Below, one piece after another: positions 24,658 through 32,000 of a stretch of 32,000 nt of DNA (positions are counted from its first letter, which is position 1; each line of letters opens with the position of its first letter). This DNA is from Corynebacterium amycolatum (GTDB lineage: Bacteria > Actinomycetota > Actinomycetes > Mycobacteriales > Mycobacteriaceae): assembly GCF_049243625.1 (NCBI RefSeq), contig NZ_CP046975.1; one strand, given 5' to 3'. Under the pieces are notes generated by a model, which saw nothing but the letters and a program-made list of their open reading frames with translations, ran no database searches and was not told where the DNA came from. Position numbers and translations under genes: made by a program.

Positions 24658-25382
24658 TACAGTCGGGAGCTCATCTCTTCAGCGGCGCCGAGAACCTTTG
24701 CGCCCCAGCATTCGTAGGGCGACGGAGTCATGCGCTCCACGGGGCCGGAGACGGATAGGACTGCAATCATGCGCTGGTTGCTGTCGAAAACCGGGGCGGA
24801 GACGGAGGCAAGTGCGGGGTCGCGCTCACCCATGGACTCGGACCAGCCGAGACGTCGGCAGTCGTCGAGGTCCTGTTGGTTGAAGTCGGCGTCGGGAAGC
24901 ATTCTCTCAGCGAGGTTGGCCGGGCCAAAGGCCAGGAGAACACGTGCGGCGGAGCCGGCGGTTAGCGGCATGCGAGAGCCAACTGGCACGGTGTTACGCA
25001 GCCCGGTGGCGGGCTCCATGGAGGCAATACAGGTGCGGGTGTCGCCGGTGAGCCGGTAGAGCTGCACTGACTCGCCGGTGACCTCTACCAGCTTCGGCAG
25101 GATGTGCGCTGCGGCGTCGGCAAGCAGGTCAGTGGTGACAGGCGTGATCTCGGTGAGCCCGGGGCCCGTCGTCCAGCGGCCGTCCGGCGTGCGGGTGACA
25201 AGGCGGTGCACTTCCAACGCCGTGGCCAGCCGATGGGCGGTTGCGCGGGGCAGCCCGGTGTCCTCGCAGAGCTCGGCGAGGGTGCGAGGAGTTTCTGCAA
25301 CGGACTTGAGAATGAGTACCGAACGATCGAGAACTTTAATGCCACTTAGAGCTGGCGTCTCGGATGTGCTAATCTGTCCCAT
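24657..25382 (-). CDS. ltbR: IclR-family transcriptional regulator, divergent from leuCD
   Basis: N-terminal wHTH ([43 protein letters not shown]) plus an IclR effector domain. Position upstream of and divergent from leuC matches my recollection of C. glutamicum LtbR and the Mtb IclR-leuCD arrangement. Confidence 0.85.
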   Translation of the reverse strand: MGQISTSETPALSGIKVLDRSVLILKSVAETPRTLAELCEDTGLPRATAHRLATALEVHRLVTRTPDGRWTTGPGLTEITPVTTDLLADAAAHILPKLVEVTGESVQLYRLTGDTRTCIASMEPATGLRNTVPVGSRMPLTAGSAARVLLAFGPANLAERMLPDADFNQQDLDDCRRLGWSESMGERDPALASVSAPVFDSNQRMIAVLSVSGPVERMTPSPYECWGAKVLGAAEEMSSRL

Positions 25383-25396
25383 GCCATGATATTAAC

Positions 25397-25413
25397 ATCT
25401 CATACTTTGAGAT
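25397..25413. promoter_or_regulatory. Inverted repeat ATCTCA-n5-TGAGAT in the ltbR/leuC divergent promoter region (candidate IclR operator)
   Basis: Perfect 6-bp arms at 25397-25402 and 25408-25413. It lies just upstream of a minus-strand -10 TAATAT (25389-25394, 6 nt before the ltbR ATG at 25382) and upstream of GATATAT (25421-25427) facing leuC. Confidence 0.4.
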
Positions 25414-25447
25414 AAAAGCGATATATCCGGAAGGCGGCTCACCCACT

Positions 25448-26875
25448 ATGCGCACCACGGACACTAGCCCGAAGACTCTGGCCGAGAAAGTCTGGCGTGA
25501 CCACGTTGTCAAGCAAGGCGAAAACGGCGAACCAGATCTGATTTATATCGATCTGCACCTCGTCCACGAGGTTACCTCGCCGCAGGCTTTTGATGGCCTC
25601 CGTCTGGCAGGGCGCAAGGTGCGCCGCCCGGATCTGACCATCGCAACCGAGGACCACAACGTTCCGACGACTGTAGCCGGTGGCCAGATTGATTTAATTG
25701 AGGAACCGACCTCTCGCACCCAGATTGCCACATTGCGCAAGAATGCCGAAGAGTTCGGAATCCGCCTGCATCCGATGGGCGACCGTGAACAGGGCATCGT
25801 GCACGTTGTCGGTCCGCAGCTGGGCCTGACTCAACCGGGCACCACCGTTGTCTGTGGTGACTCCCACACTGCAACGCACGGTGCTTTCGGCGCGATGGCC
25901 TTTGGTATCGGTACTTCCGAAGTTGAGCACGTTCTGGCTACCCAGACCCTGCCACTGAAGCCTTTTAAGACCATGGCGGTCAATGTCACCGGCGAGCTGC
26001 AGGATGGTGTTACCGCCAAGGACCTGATTCTGGCGATTATCGCCAAGATTGGTACCGGTGGTGGCCAGGGCCATGTTATCGAGTACCGTGGCGAGGCCAT
26101 CGAGAAGCTGTCGATGGAAGCCCGCATGACCATCTGCAACATGTCCATCGAGGCCGGTGCCCGCGCCGGCATGATCGCTCCAGACGAAACCACCTTCGAG
26201 TACCTGAAGGGCCGCCCGCACGCGCCGCAGGGCGAGCAGTGGGACGAGGCGGTCGAGTACTGGAAGTCCCTGGTTACCGACGAGGATGCAGAGTTCGACA
26301 AGGTCGTCGAAATCGACGGTTCCGCGCTGACTCCATTCGTTACCTGGGGTACCAACCCGGGCCAGGGCGTGCCGCTGGGGGAGACCGTGCCGGATCCGGA
26401 GTTCATCGCCGAGGACTCCGACCGCATCGCCGCCGAGCGCGCACTAGAGTACATGGATCTGAAGCCGGGCACCCCGATGCGCGATGTCAAGGTCAACGTG
26501 GTCTTCGTAGGTTCCTGCACCAACGGCCGCATCGAGGACATGCGCGCCGTCGCCGACGTGCTGAAGGACCGCAAGGTTGCCGACGGCGTCCAGATGCTCA
26601 TCGTGCCGGGCTCCGCAAAGGTCCGCGCGCAGGCTGAGGAAGAGGGACTGGGCAAGATCTTCGAAGAGGCAGGCGCTGAATGGCGTATGCCAGGCTGTTC
26701 CATGTGCCTTGGCATGAACCCGGACCAGCTGACCCCGGGCCAGCGTTGCGCTTCGACCTCCAACCGCAACTTCGAAGGTCGCCAAGGTAAGGGTGGTCGT
26801 ACCCACCTGGTCAGCCCGGCTGTCGCCGCAGCTACCGCCGTCGCCGGTCACTTCGCAGCGCCGGCTGATCTCTAA
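25448..26875 (+). CDS. leuC: 3-isopropylmalate dehydratase large subunit
   Basis: Aconitase-family motifs [42 protein letters not shown]. Confidence 0.95.
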   Translation: MRTTDTSPKTLAEKVWRDHVVKQGENGEPDLIYIDLHLVHEVTSPQAFDGLRLAGRKVRRPDLTIATEDHNVPTTVAGGQIDLIEEPTSRTQIATLRKNAEEFGIRLHPMGDREQGIVHVVGPQLGLTQPGTTVVCGDSHTATHGAFGAMAFGIGTSEVEHVLATQTLPLKPFKTMAVNVTGELQDGVTAKDLILAIIAKIGTGGGQGHVIEYRGEAIEKLSMEARMTICNMSIEAGARAGMIAPDETTFEYLKGRPHAPQGEQWDEAVEYWKSLVTDEDAEFDKVVEIDGSALTPFVTWGTNPGQGVPLGETVPDPEFIAEDSDRIAAERALEYMDLKPGTPMRDVKVNVVFVGSCTNGRIEDMRAVADVLKDRKVADGVQMLIVPGSAKVRAQAEEEGLGKIFEEAGAEWRMPGCSMCLGMNPDQLTPGQRCASTSNRNFEGRQGKGGRTHLVSPAVAAATAVAGHFAAPADL

Positions 26876-26927
26876 CCGCCGATCTTTGTACAACAGCCCC
26901 AAGCAGAACTTCTAAGGACCTTTCACC

Positions 26928-27518
26928 ATGGAAAAGTTTGATACTCACACCGGCGTCGGCGTTCCCCTGCAGCGATCCAACGTCGACACCGACCAGATCA
27001 TCCCGGCCGTCTACCTAAAGCGCGTCACCCGCACCGGATTTGAGGATGGCTTGTTCAGCAACTGGCGCAACAACGAATCCGACTTCGTGCTCAACCGCCC
27101 GGAATATGCCAAGGGCTCCATCCTCGTAGCAGGGCCGGACTTCGGTACCGGTTCCTCCCGTGAGCACGCCGTGTGGGCGCTGATGGACTACGGCTTCCGC
27201 GTCGTCATCTCATCCCGCTTCGCCGATATCTTCCGCGGTAATGCCGGCAAGGCGGGCCTGCTCGCCGCACAGATGCAGCAGTCTGATGTCGAGCTGCTGT
27301 GGAAGTTGCTCGAGGCCAACCCGGGCATGGAGCTCACCGTCAACCTGGAGACCCGCACCGTCGAGGCCGGCGAGCAGGTCTTCCCATTCGAGGTCGATGA
27401 CTACACTCGCTGGCGTCTGATGGAAGGGCTTGACGACGTCTCCCTGACCCTGCGCAACGAAGCGGACATTGTGGCCTACGAGAAGAGTCGTCCGGCCCAC
27501 AAGCCGAAGACGATGTAG
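26928..27518 (+). CDS. leuD: 3-isopropylmalate dehydratase small subunit
   Basis: Swivel-domain motifs [33 protein letters not shown]. Confidence 0.95.
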   Translation: MEKFDTHTGVGVPLQRSNVDTDQIIPAVYLKRVTRTGFEDGLFSNWRNNESDFVLNRPEYAKGSILVAGPDFGTGSSREHAVWALMDYGFRVVISSRFADIFRGNAGKAGLLAAQMQQSDVELLWKLLEANPGMELTVNLETRTVEAGEQVFPFEVDDYTRWRLMEGLDDVSLTLRNEADIVAYEKSRPAHKPKTM

Positions 27519-27553
27519 GTCAAAAATGCTCTAGTCCAATCCGCGGTAGGCGT

Positions 27554-27559
27554 TAAACT
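27554..27559 (+). promoter_or_regulatory. -10 box TAAACT placed 6 nt before ATG 27566 (predicted leaderless hen1-pnkp transcript)
   Basis: TAAACT at 27554-27559, spacer tgccgt, then ATG 27566. There is no SD in the 47-nt gap after leuD. Confidence 0.35.
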
Positions 27560-27565
27560 TGCCGT

Positions 27566-28957
27566 ATGTATCTGGCAATCACTAAACACTCTCGGCTAGG
27601 TGAATCTTCGCCTGGTGAATCGGCACGCGATTTGGGATTTATTTTGCGAAAGCATCCCGATCGCGTGCATGAGGCCGAGTTAAAGTTCGGTGTTGCCCGC
27701 GTCTTTTTCCCCACTGCAACCGATGCCGAATGCACGGCAGCCCTCTGGGTTGATATTGACCGCGATGAGTTGCTGAAACTCAAGCAGTACCGTGCCGATA
27801 CGTTCAATCTGACCGGCTACATTAATGATCGGCAGTGGGCTGCGTCATCGCTTTTGACTGTGGCGTTGAAGTCGGTCTTCTCCACGGCGATGGTCATGGA
27901 AAAGACTTCGCCTTACGACGAAACCCCAAGCGATCTCACCGCGACAGTCGCGGCGGTACCCGGCACCGAGGAAGAAATCCGTGCTTTGTTTGAGCCATTG
28001 GGGTGGAAGGTCACCTGCGATTTCTTCAACAACATTGCCGGGCAGAAGTTCTCACCGACGGTGACCCTCACAGGTCGAGCAACCGTTCGTGATTTGCTCA
28101 ATCACCTGTATATTCTGCTTCCCGTCCTCGACGGTGGGAAACACTATTGGGTTGATGACCGGGAAATCGACAAGCTGGCCGCGCGCGCCCAGGACTGGCT
28201 GCCGGAGCACCCGCAGCGGGAGAAAATCCTAAAGCGCTACCTTGCCGATCAAAAAGGCCTGGTCAACGAAGCCGTCGTGAAGCTTGCCGGGGAAGCTGGT
28301 GCAATCGAACTGGCCAGCGGTGACCAGACAGCCAAGCCGCTCAATCGACAGCGTCAAGACCGAGTCCTGCGTGAGGTATTTAGACTGCGCCCGCGCAGCG
28401 TGGTGGACATCGGCTGTGGTTCCGGCGTGTTGCTCGGGCCGTTGCTGGAGAATCCGCGAATCGCGCAGATCGTTGGCACTGATGTCTCTGTAGGGGAGCT
28501 TCGTAAGGCGCACAAGGCGCTGAACCTAGATCGCATGCCGGAGCGCCAAGCTGCGCGGGTAGAGCTTTTCCAATCCTCGGTCACCTATGCCGACGAGCGC
28601 ATTGCGAACATGGACGTGGCAATCCTGATGGAGGTCATTGAGCATGTTGATGCCGATCGGCTGCCCGCGCTGGAGAACAACGTTTTCGGGCTTGCCAGGC
28701 CGCAGTATGTCATCGTCACGACGCCGAACAGTGACTACAACGCGTGCTATCCAAACCTAGCGCCCGGACAGTTCCGACACCTTGATCACCGCTTCGAGTT
28801 CAGCCGCGTGGAATTTCGCCAGTGGGCGAAGGGCGTGGCCGAGAAGTTCGGTTATCTGGTGGACTTTGACGGTATTGGGGACGTGCACGAAACTTACGGC
28901 CAACCGACCCAAATGGCGGTCTTTTCCTTCGACTTCACCGCAGCAGAGGAGAGCTAA
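27566..28957 (+). CDS. hen1: Bacterial Hen1: 3'-terminal RNA ribose 2'-O-methyltransferase
   Basis: N-terminal module MYLAITKH...DLGFILRKHPDRV. C-terminal SAM-MTase with VVDIGCGSG (28400-28426), MEVIEHV and FRHLDHRFEFSRVEF. Confidence 0.85.
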   Translation: MYLAITKHSRLGESSPGESARDLGFILRKHPDRVHEAELKFGVARVFFPTATDAECTAALWVDIDRDELLKLKQYRADTFNLTGYINDRQWAASSLLTVALKSVFSTAMVMEKTSPYDETPSDLTATVAAVPGTEEEIRALFEPLGWKVTCDFFNNIAGQKFSPTVTLTGRATVRDLLNHLYILLPVLDGGKHYWVDDREIDKLAARAQDWLPEHPQREKILKRYLADQKGLVNEAVVKLAGEAGAIELASGDQTAKPLNRQRQDRVLREVFRLRPRSVVDIGCGSGVLLGPLLENPRIAQIVGTDVSVGELRKAHKALNLDRMPERQAARVELFQSSVTYADERIANMDVAILMEVIEHVDADRLPALENNVFGLARPQYVIVTTPNSDYNACYPNLAPGQFRHLDHRFEFSRVEFRQWAKGVAEKFGYLVDFDGIGDVHETYGQPTQMAVFSFDFTAAEES

Positions 28958-28959
28958 TT

Positions 28960-31428
28960 ATGAGTACCATCTCGCTTCCTAACCTCAGCTTGGTCATGCT
29001 GGTCGGTGTCTCTGGCGCCGGAAAGTCGACTTTTGCGGCACGACACTTCGGCCCATTTGAAGTCGTATCCTCGGATACCTGTCGCGGCATTGTTTCCAAC
29101 GATCCGAATAACCAGGCGGCGACGGCGCCTGCTTTTGAACTGCTGGAGACAATCGTCGGCACGCGCCTGGAAGCCGGATTGCTTACTGTTGTTGATGCGA
29201 CGAATGTGAAACCGCAGGACCGTGCCCGGTTGGTGAAGCTGGCGCGCAGCCACCATGCTCTGAGTGCTGCCATCGTTTTGAACCTTCCGTTAGCGGAGCT
29301 GAAGGAGCGGCACAGCCAGCGCGCTGACCGCAACTTCGGAGTCGAGGTGTTGGAGCGCCAGCACCGCGATCTGCGCCGAGGGCTCAAACACCTCAAGCGC
29401 GAGAAGATTCACAATGTTTTCATCTTGAATTCCGCGGCGGAAATCGACAACGTCACCATTGAACGTGTGCCGCTGAAGGTCGACCGCAGCGATCTCCACG
29501 GTCCGTTCGACATCATCGGCGATGTTCACGGCTGCTACGACGAGTTGACCGCACTGCTGGCAAAGCTCGGCTATCAGCTGTCGGCAGATGGCGGCAATGC
29601 TCATCACCCAGATGGCCGTACGGCCATTTTCGTTGGTGACCTTGTTGACCGCGGTCCCAACAGTCCAGCTGTCTTGAAGTTGGTCATGGGGATGGTCGTG
29701 GCCGGCAACGCTCTCTGCGTGCCCGGAAACCACGACTCTAAGTTGGTGCGCGCCCTCGACGGCCACAACGTCACCACTGGTCACGGGCTGGCCGAGACGC
29801 TCACTCAGCTCGCCGATGAAAGCGAGGAGTTCCGGAAAGACGTCCGCGACTTCATCGACCACCTGCCGGTGCACTTTGTGCTTGACGACGGCGCCCTGGT
29901 TGTAGCCCACGCGGGACTGCCTGAGCACCTCCATGGCAGGGCCTCCGGAAAGGTCCGTGAGTTCGCGCTCTACGGTGCCACTACTGGCAAGATCGACGAA
30001 AATGGCCTGCCAGAACGACTGGATTGGGCAGCGGACTACCGCGGTTCCGCTCGTGTCGTCTATGGCCACATGGAAGCAGACTGGCTGCGCTGGGTCAATA
30101 ACACCATGTGCATCGACACCGGTTGTGTCTTCGGCGGCAAGCTCTCTGCGCTGCGCTATCCCGAACTAGAGACCGTGCAGGTCGATGCAAAGCAGACCTG
30201 GTGGGAGGCTCCATCGCGCAAGACCACCAACCGCCCGGAGTCCGAGCTGCGCATCACTGACGTGCTAGATGTCGATGGTATCCAGACTGGTCGGCATGGC
30301 CGCATTCGCATTGATAGTGACCGCGCAGCTGCAGCGCTGGAAACTATCAGCCGTTTCACGCTCGCACCGGAGAAAATTCCGTACCTGCCACCGACCATGT
30401 CACCGGCGCCGACCTCGCAGCGAGAGGGATTCCTGGAACACCCGGAGGAGGCATTCCGCTACTACGCAGCGCACACTGACCAGGTCATGTGCCAGGAAAA
30501 GCACATGGGTTCCCGAGCTGTGCTGTGCCTGATCCAGCCAGGGGCGAAGACTCGTTTCGGTGCTAACTCGTACGCCTACACCCGGACGGGGCGTGCCTTC
30601 TTCGATGACGCGTCCCCGGCACTTGATGCCATGACCAAGGCCGCAGAGCGCGCCGGGCTTTTCGACCAATTCGGCGACTGGGTCCTGCTCGACGGCGAAA
30701 TGCTGCCCTGGAATCTTAAGGCCCAAGGGCTTATCGACGACATCTATGCACCCACCGCTGCCGCTGGTATCGGTGCTGCCAGACAGCTCGCGGCCGCTCT
30801 GCAGGCGGCAACCGACAGGGGAGTAGAGGTCGGTGGTCCTGCGCCAGAGCAGATTCTGGACGAGCTCGAGAAGTTCCGTGCTGCCTACAACCGGTATGTC
30901 GACAGTGACAAGAAGATTCAGTTCGCACCTTTCCAAGTGCTGGCAAGTGAGGATGCCACCTGGCACCACAAGCCCCACTCATGGCACTTGGATATCGCGA
31001 ACCAGCTAGTAGCAGCTGACAGTGAGATCTACCGGCTGACGCGCTGCTTCGTCCTTGACCCCAGTGACCCGGAACAGGTGGAGGCCGCATCGCAGTGGTG
31101 GTTGCAGCTGACAGAGTCGGGCGGGGAAGGGGCCGTCGTCAAGCCGATGGAAAACGCCGCAGTGGACCGGCAGGTACAGCCCGGCATGAAGGTGCGGGGA
31201 CGGAAGTATCTGCGCATGATTTATGGGCATGACTACCTGCACCCGCAGCGTCAAGAGCGGTTGAAGCGGCGAAATCTGCAGCACAAGCAGTCATCGGCGC
31301 TACGCGAATATGCCCTCGGCATCGAGTCGCTGGAGCGACTAGCGGCGGGCGAGCCTCTGCATCGGATCCATGTTCCTGTCTTCGGCGTGTTGGCGCTGGA
31401 GTCAGAACCGATGGATCCGAGGTTGTAG
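28960..31428 (+). CDS. pnkp: Polynucleotide kinase-phosphatase with C-terminal ligase domain (RNA repair Pnkp)
   Basis: P-loop GVSGAGKST (29005-29031). Metallophosphoesterase motifs GDVHGC (29518-29535), GDLVDRGP, GNHD, GH. Ligase-type motifs EKHMGS (Lys514, 30499-30501), LDGEMLPWN, EGAVVKP, KVRGRKYLRMIYG. The start lies 2 nt after the hen1 stop. Confidence 0.88.
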   Translation: MSTISLPNLSLVMLVGVSGAGKSTFAARHFGPFEVVSSDTCRGIVSNDPNNQAATAPAFELLETIVGTRLEAGLLTVVDATNVKPQDRARLVKLARSHHALSAAIVLNLPLAELKERHSQRADRNFGVEVLERQHRDLRRGLKHLKREKIHNVFILNSAAEIDNVTIERVPLKVDRSDLHGPFDIIGDVHGCYDELTALLAKLGYQLSADGGNAHHPDGRTAIFVGDLVDRGPNSPAVLKLVMGMVVAGNALCVPGNHDSKLVRALDGHNVTTGHGLAETLTQLADESEEFRKDVRDFIDHLPVHFVLDDGALVVAHAGLPEHLHGRASGKVREFALYGATTGKIDENGLPERLDWAADYRGSARVVYGHMEADWLRWVNNTMCIDTGCVFGGKLSALRYPELETVQVDAKQTWWEAPSRKTTNRPESELRITDVLDVDGIQTGRHGRIRIDSDRAAAALETISRFTLAPEKIPYLPPTMSPAPTSQREGFLEHPEEAFRYYAAHTDQVMCQEKHMGSRAVLCLIQPGAKTRFGANSYAYTRTGRAFFDDASPALDAMTKAAERAGLFDQFGDWVLLDGEMLPWNLKAQGLIDDIYAPTAAAGIGAARQLAAALQAATDRGVEVGGPAPEQILDELEKFRAAYNRYVDSDKKIQFAPFQVLASEDATWHHKPHSWHLDIANQLVAADSEIYRLTRCFVLDPSDPEQVEAASQWWLQLTESGGEGAVVKPMENAAVDRQVQPGMKVRGRKYLRMIYGHDYLHPQRQERLKRRNLQHKQSSALREYALGIESLERLAAGEPLHRIHVPVFGVLALESEPMDPRL

Positions 31429-31432
31429 GGGG

Positions 31433-32000
31433 TTACTTCACCGGCAGCGCCGAGGCGTAGTAATCAGCCGTGGTCATCACACCGTCGTTGAAGCCGAGTA
31501 CCCAGGCCGAGCCCTTCTTGCACGGGATTTCCTCGTCGAAGGGCAGGGTGCCCTCGGCGGACCAAGCGGCCAACAGGTCAGGGATGGTGATGCCCTGAGA
31601 GCAGACCACGCTGACTCCGCCTAGCGCGACAATGTCCTCGAAGGCCTTCTTGGACTCGACCTGGTTGGCAATCCAGTGTTCGTCGCCAAGCCGTTCGTCG
31701 ACTGTGACCTGCATGCCCAGCTCTGCGGCGAGTGGCGCGACGGTGTCCTGGCAACGCACGGGCTCGGCGGAGTAGACGCGCTCGGGGCGGAAACCCTCCA
31801 GCGCAGAGACGAGCAGTTCCGCTTGACGACGTCCCTTCTTATCCAGCGGCCGCAGTGCATCATTGCCGTTCCAGTTGGTGCGGCGGTGCGCACGCCCATG
31901 GCGAACCAGAATGAGACGGGTGTCCGGTTCCTTGTTCATGCGCTTGCGGGCCTTGACCAGCACGTCGCGGTCGAGATCGTAGGACAGCAGCTCCTCGGCT
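31433..32000 (-). CDS. Histidine-phosphatase (SixA-like) domain protein, probably the C-terminal half of a MutT1-like Nudix/His-phosphatase; 5' end outside the window
   Basis: RHG motif LILVRHGRAHRR. The reading frame stays open upstream of the track start (GTG 31963) to the window edge (AEELLSYDLDRD...), so the gene is truncated by the window. Its position after leuD matches recalled mycobacterial mutT1 synteny. Confidence 0.7.
   Translation of the reverse strand, partial: AEELLSYDLDRDVLVKARKRMNKEPDTRLILVRHGRAHRRTNWNGNDALRPLDKKGRRQAELLVSALEGFRPERVYSAEPVRCQDTVAPLAAELGMQVTVDERLGDEHWIANQVESKKAFEDIVALGGVSVVCSQGITIPDLLAAWSAEGTLPFDEEIPCKKGSAWVLGFNDGVMTTADYYASALPVK

Noticed and set aside
25383-25447. 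Possible leucine leader peptide, attenuator or T-box upstream of leuC, and likewise upstream of gltX at 7827-7883.
   Set aside because: These regions are only 65 and 57 nt long. They contain no Leu-rich mini-ORF, no terminator/antiterminator pair and no T-box specifier structure. Control by the adjacent IclR-type regulator is the simpler explanation.
25831-26769. A 312-aa ORF antisense to leuC. Similar long antisense ORFs occur at 301-873 (in leuB), 6368-7129 (opposite the SDR gene), 10099-10692 (opposite the AIPR-like gene), 29290-30069 and 30400-30978 (in pnkp), and 19719-20231 (in the MFS gene).
   Set aside because: These are typical shadow ORFs of high-GC DNA. Their translations are low-complexity and Arg/Ser/Pro/Ala-rich with no recognisable motifs. 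Each lies wholly inside a gene with strong family signatures on the other strand.

Overview
High-GC actinobacterial chromosome segment. Hand counts of single 60-nt lines give about 63-70% GC in core genes. From my recollection, gene content and order match the Corynebacterium/Mycobacterium neighbourhood leuB ... FAH(odx)-gltX-tRNA(Gln/Glu) ... iclR(ltbR)-leuC-leuD ... mutT1. The window is almost fully coding: about 30 CDS, five tRNA genes (two Gln-CTG, three identical Glu-CTC) and two clear intrinsic terminators. Many gene junctions overlap by 1-17 nt. I saw no IS element, integrase, CRISPR array or rRNA. Several accessory modules sit between the core genes. (1) A cNMP/CBS/DUF294 nucleotidyltransferase is paired with a DEDDh exonuclease; the pair is conserved but functionally unassigned. 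(2) A lone, divergent AIPR-like (abortive-infection family) gene lies between gltX and its tRNAs. (3) A tcdA-tatD pair is bracketed by 89-nt perfect direct repeats built on tRNA-Glu. (4) An AT-richer 5.7-kb block carries an oddly organised Opp/Nik-type ABC importer with an embedded MdtH-like MFS gene. (5) A complete Hen1-Pnkp RNA repair cassette sits between leuD and a mutT1-like gene. Recurrent small-scale signals are -10 boxes placed 6-7 nt before start codons (probable leaderless mRNAs) and perfect 13-14-nt tandem duplications at gene boundaries. All functional calls rest on motif recognition by eye. No database search or computation was run.
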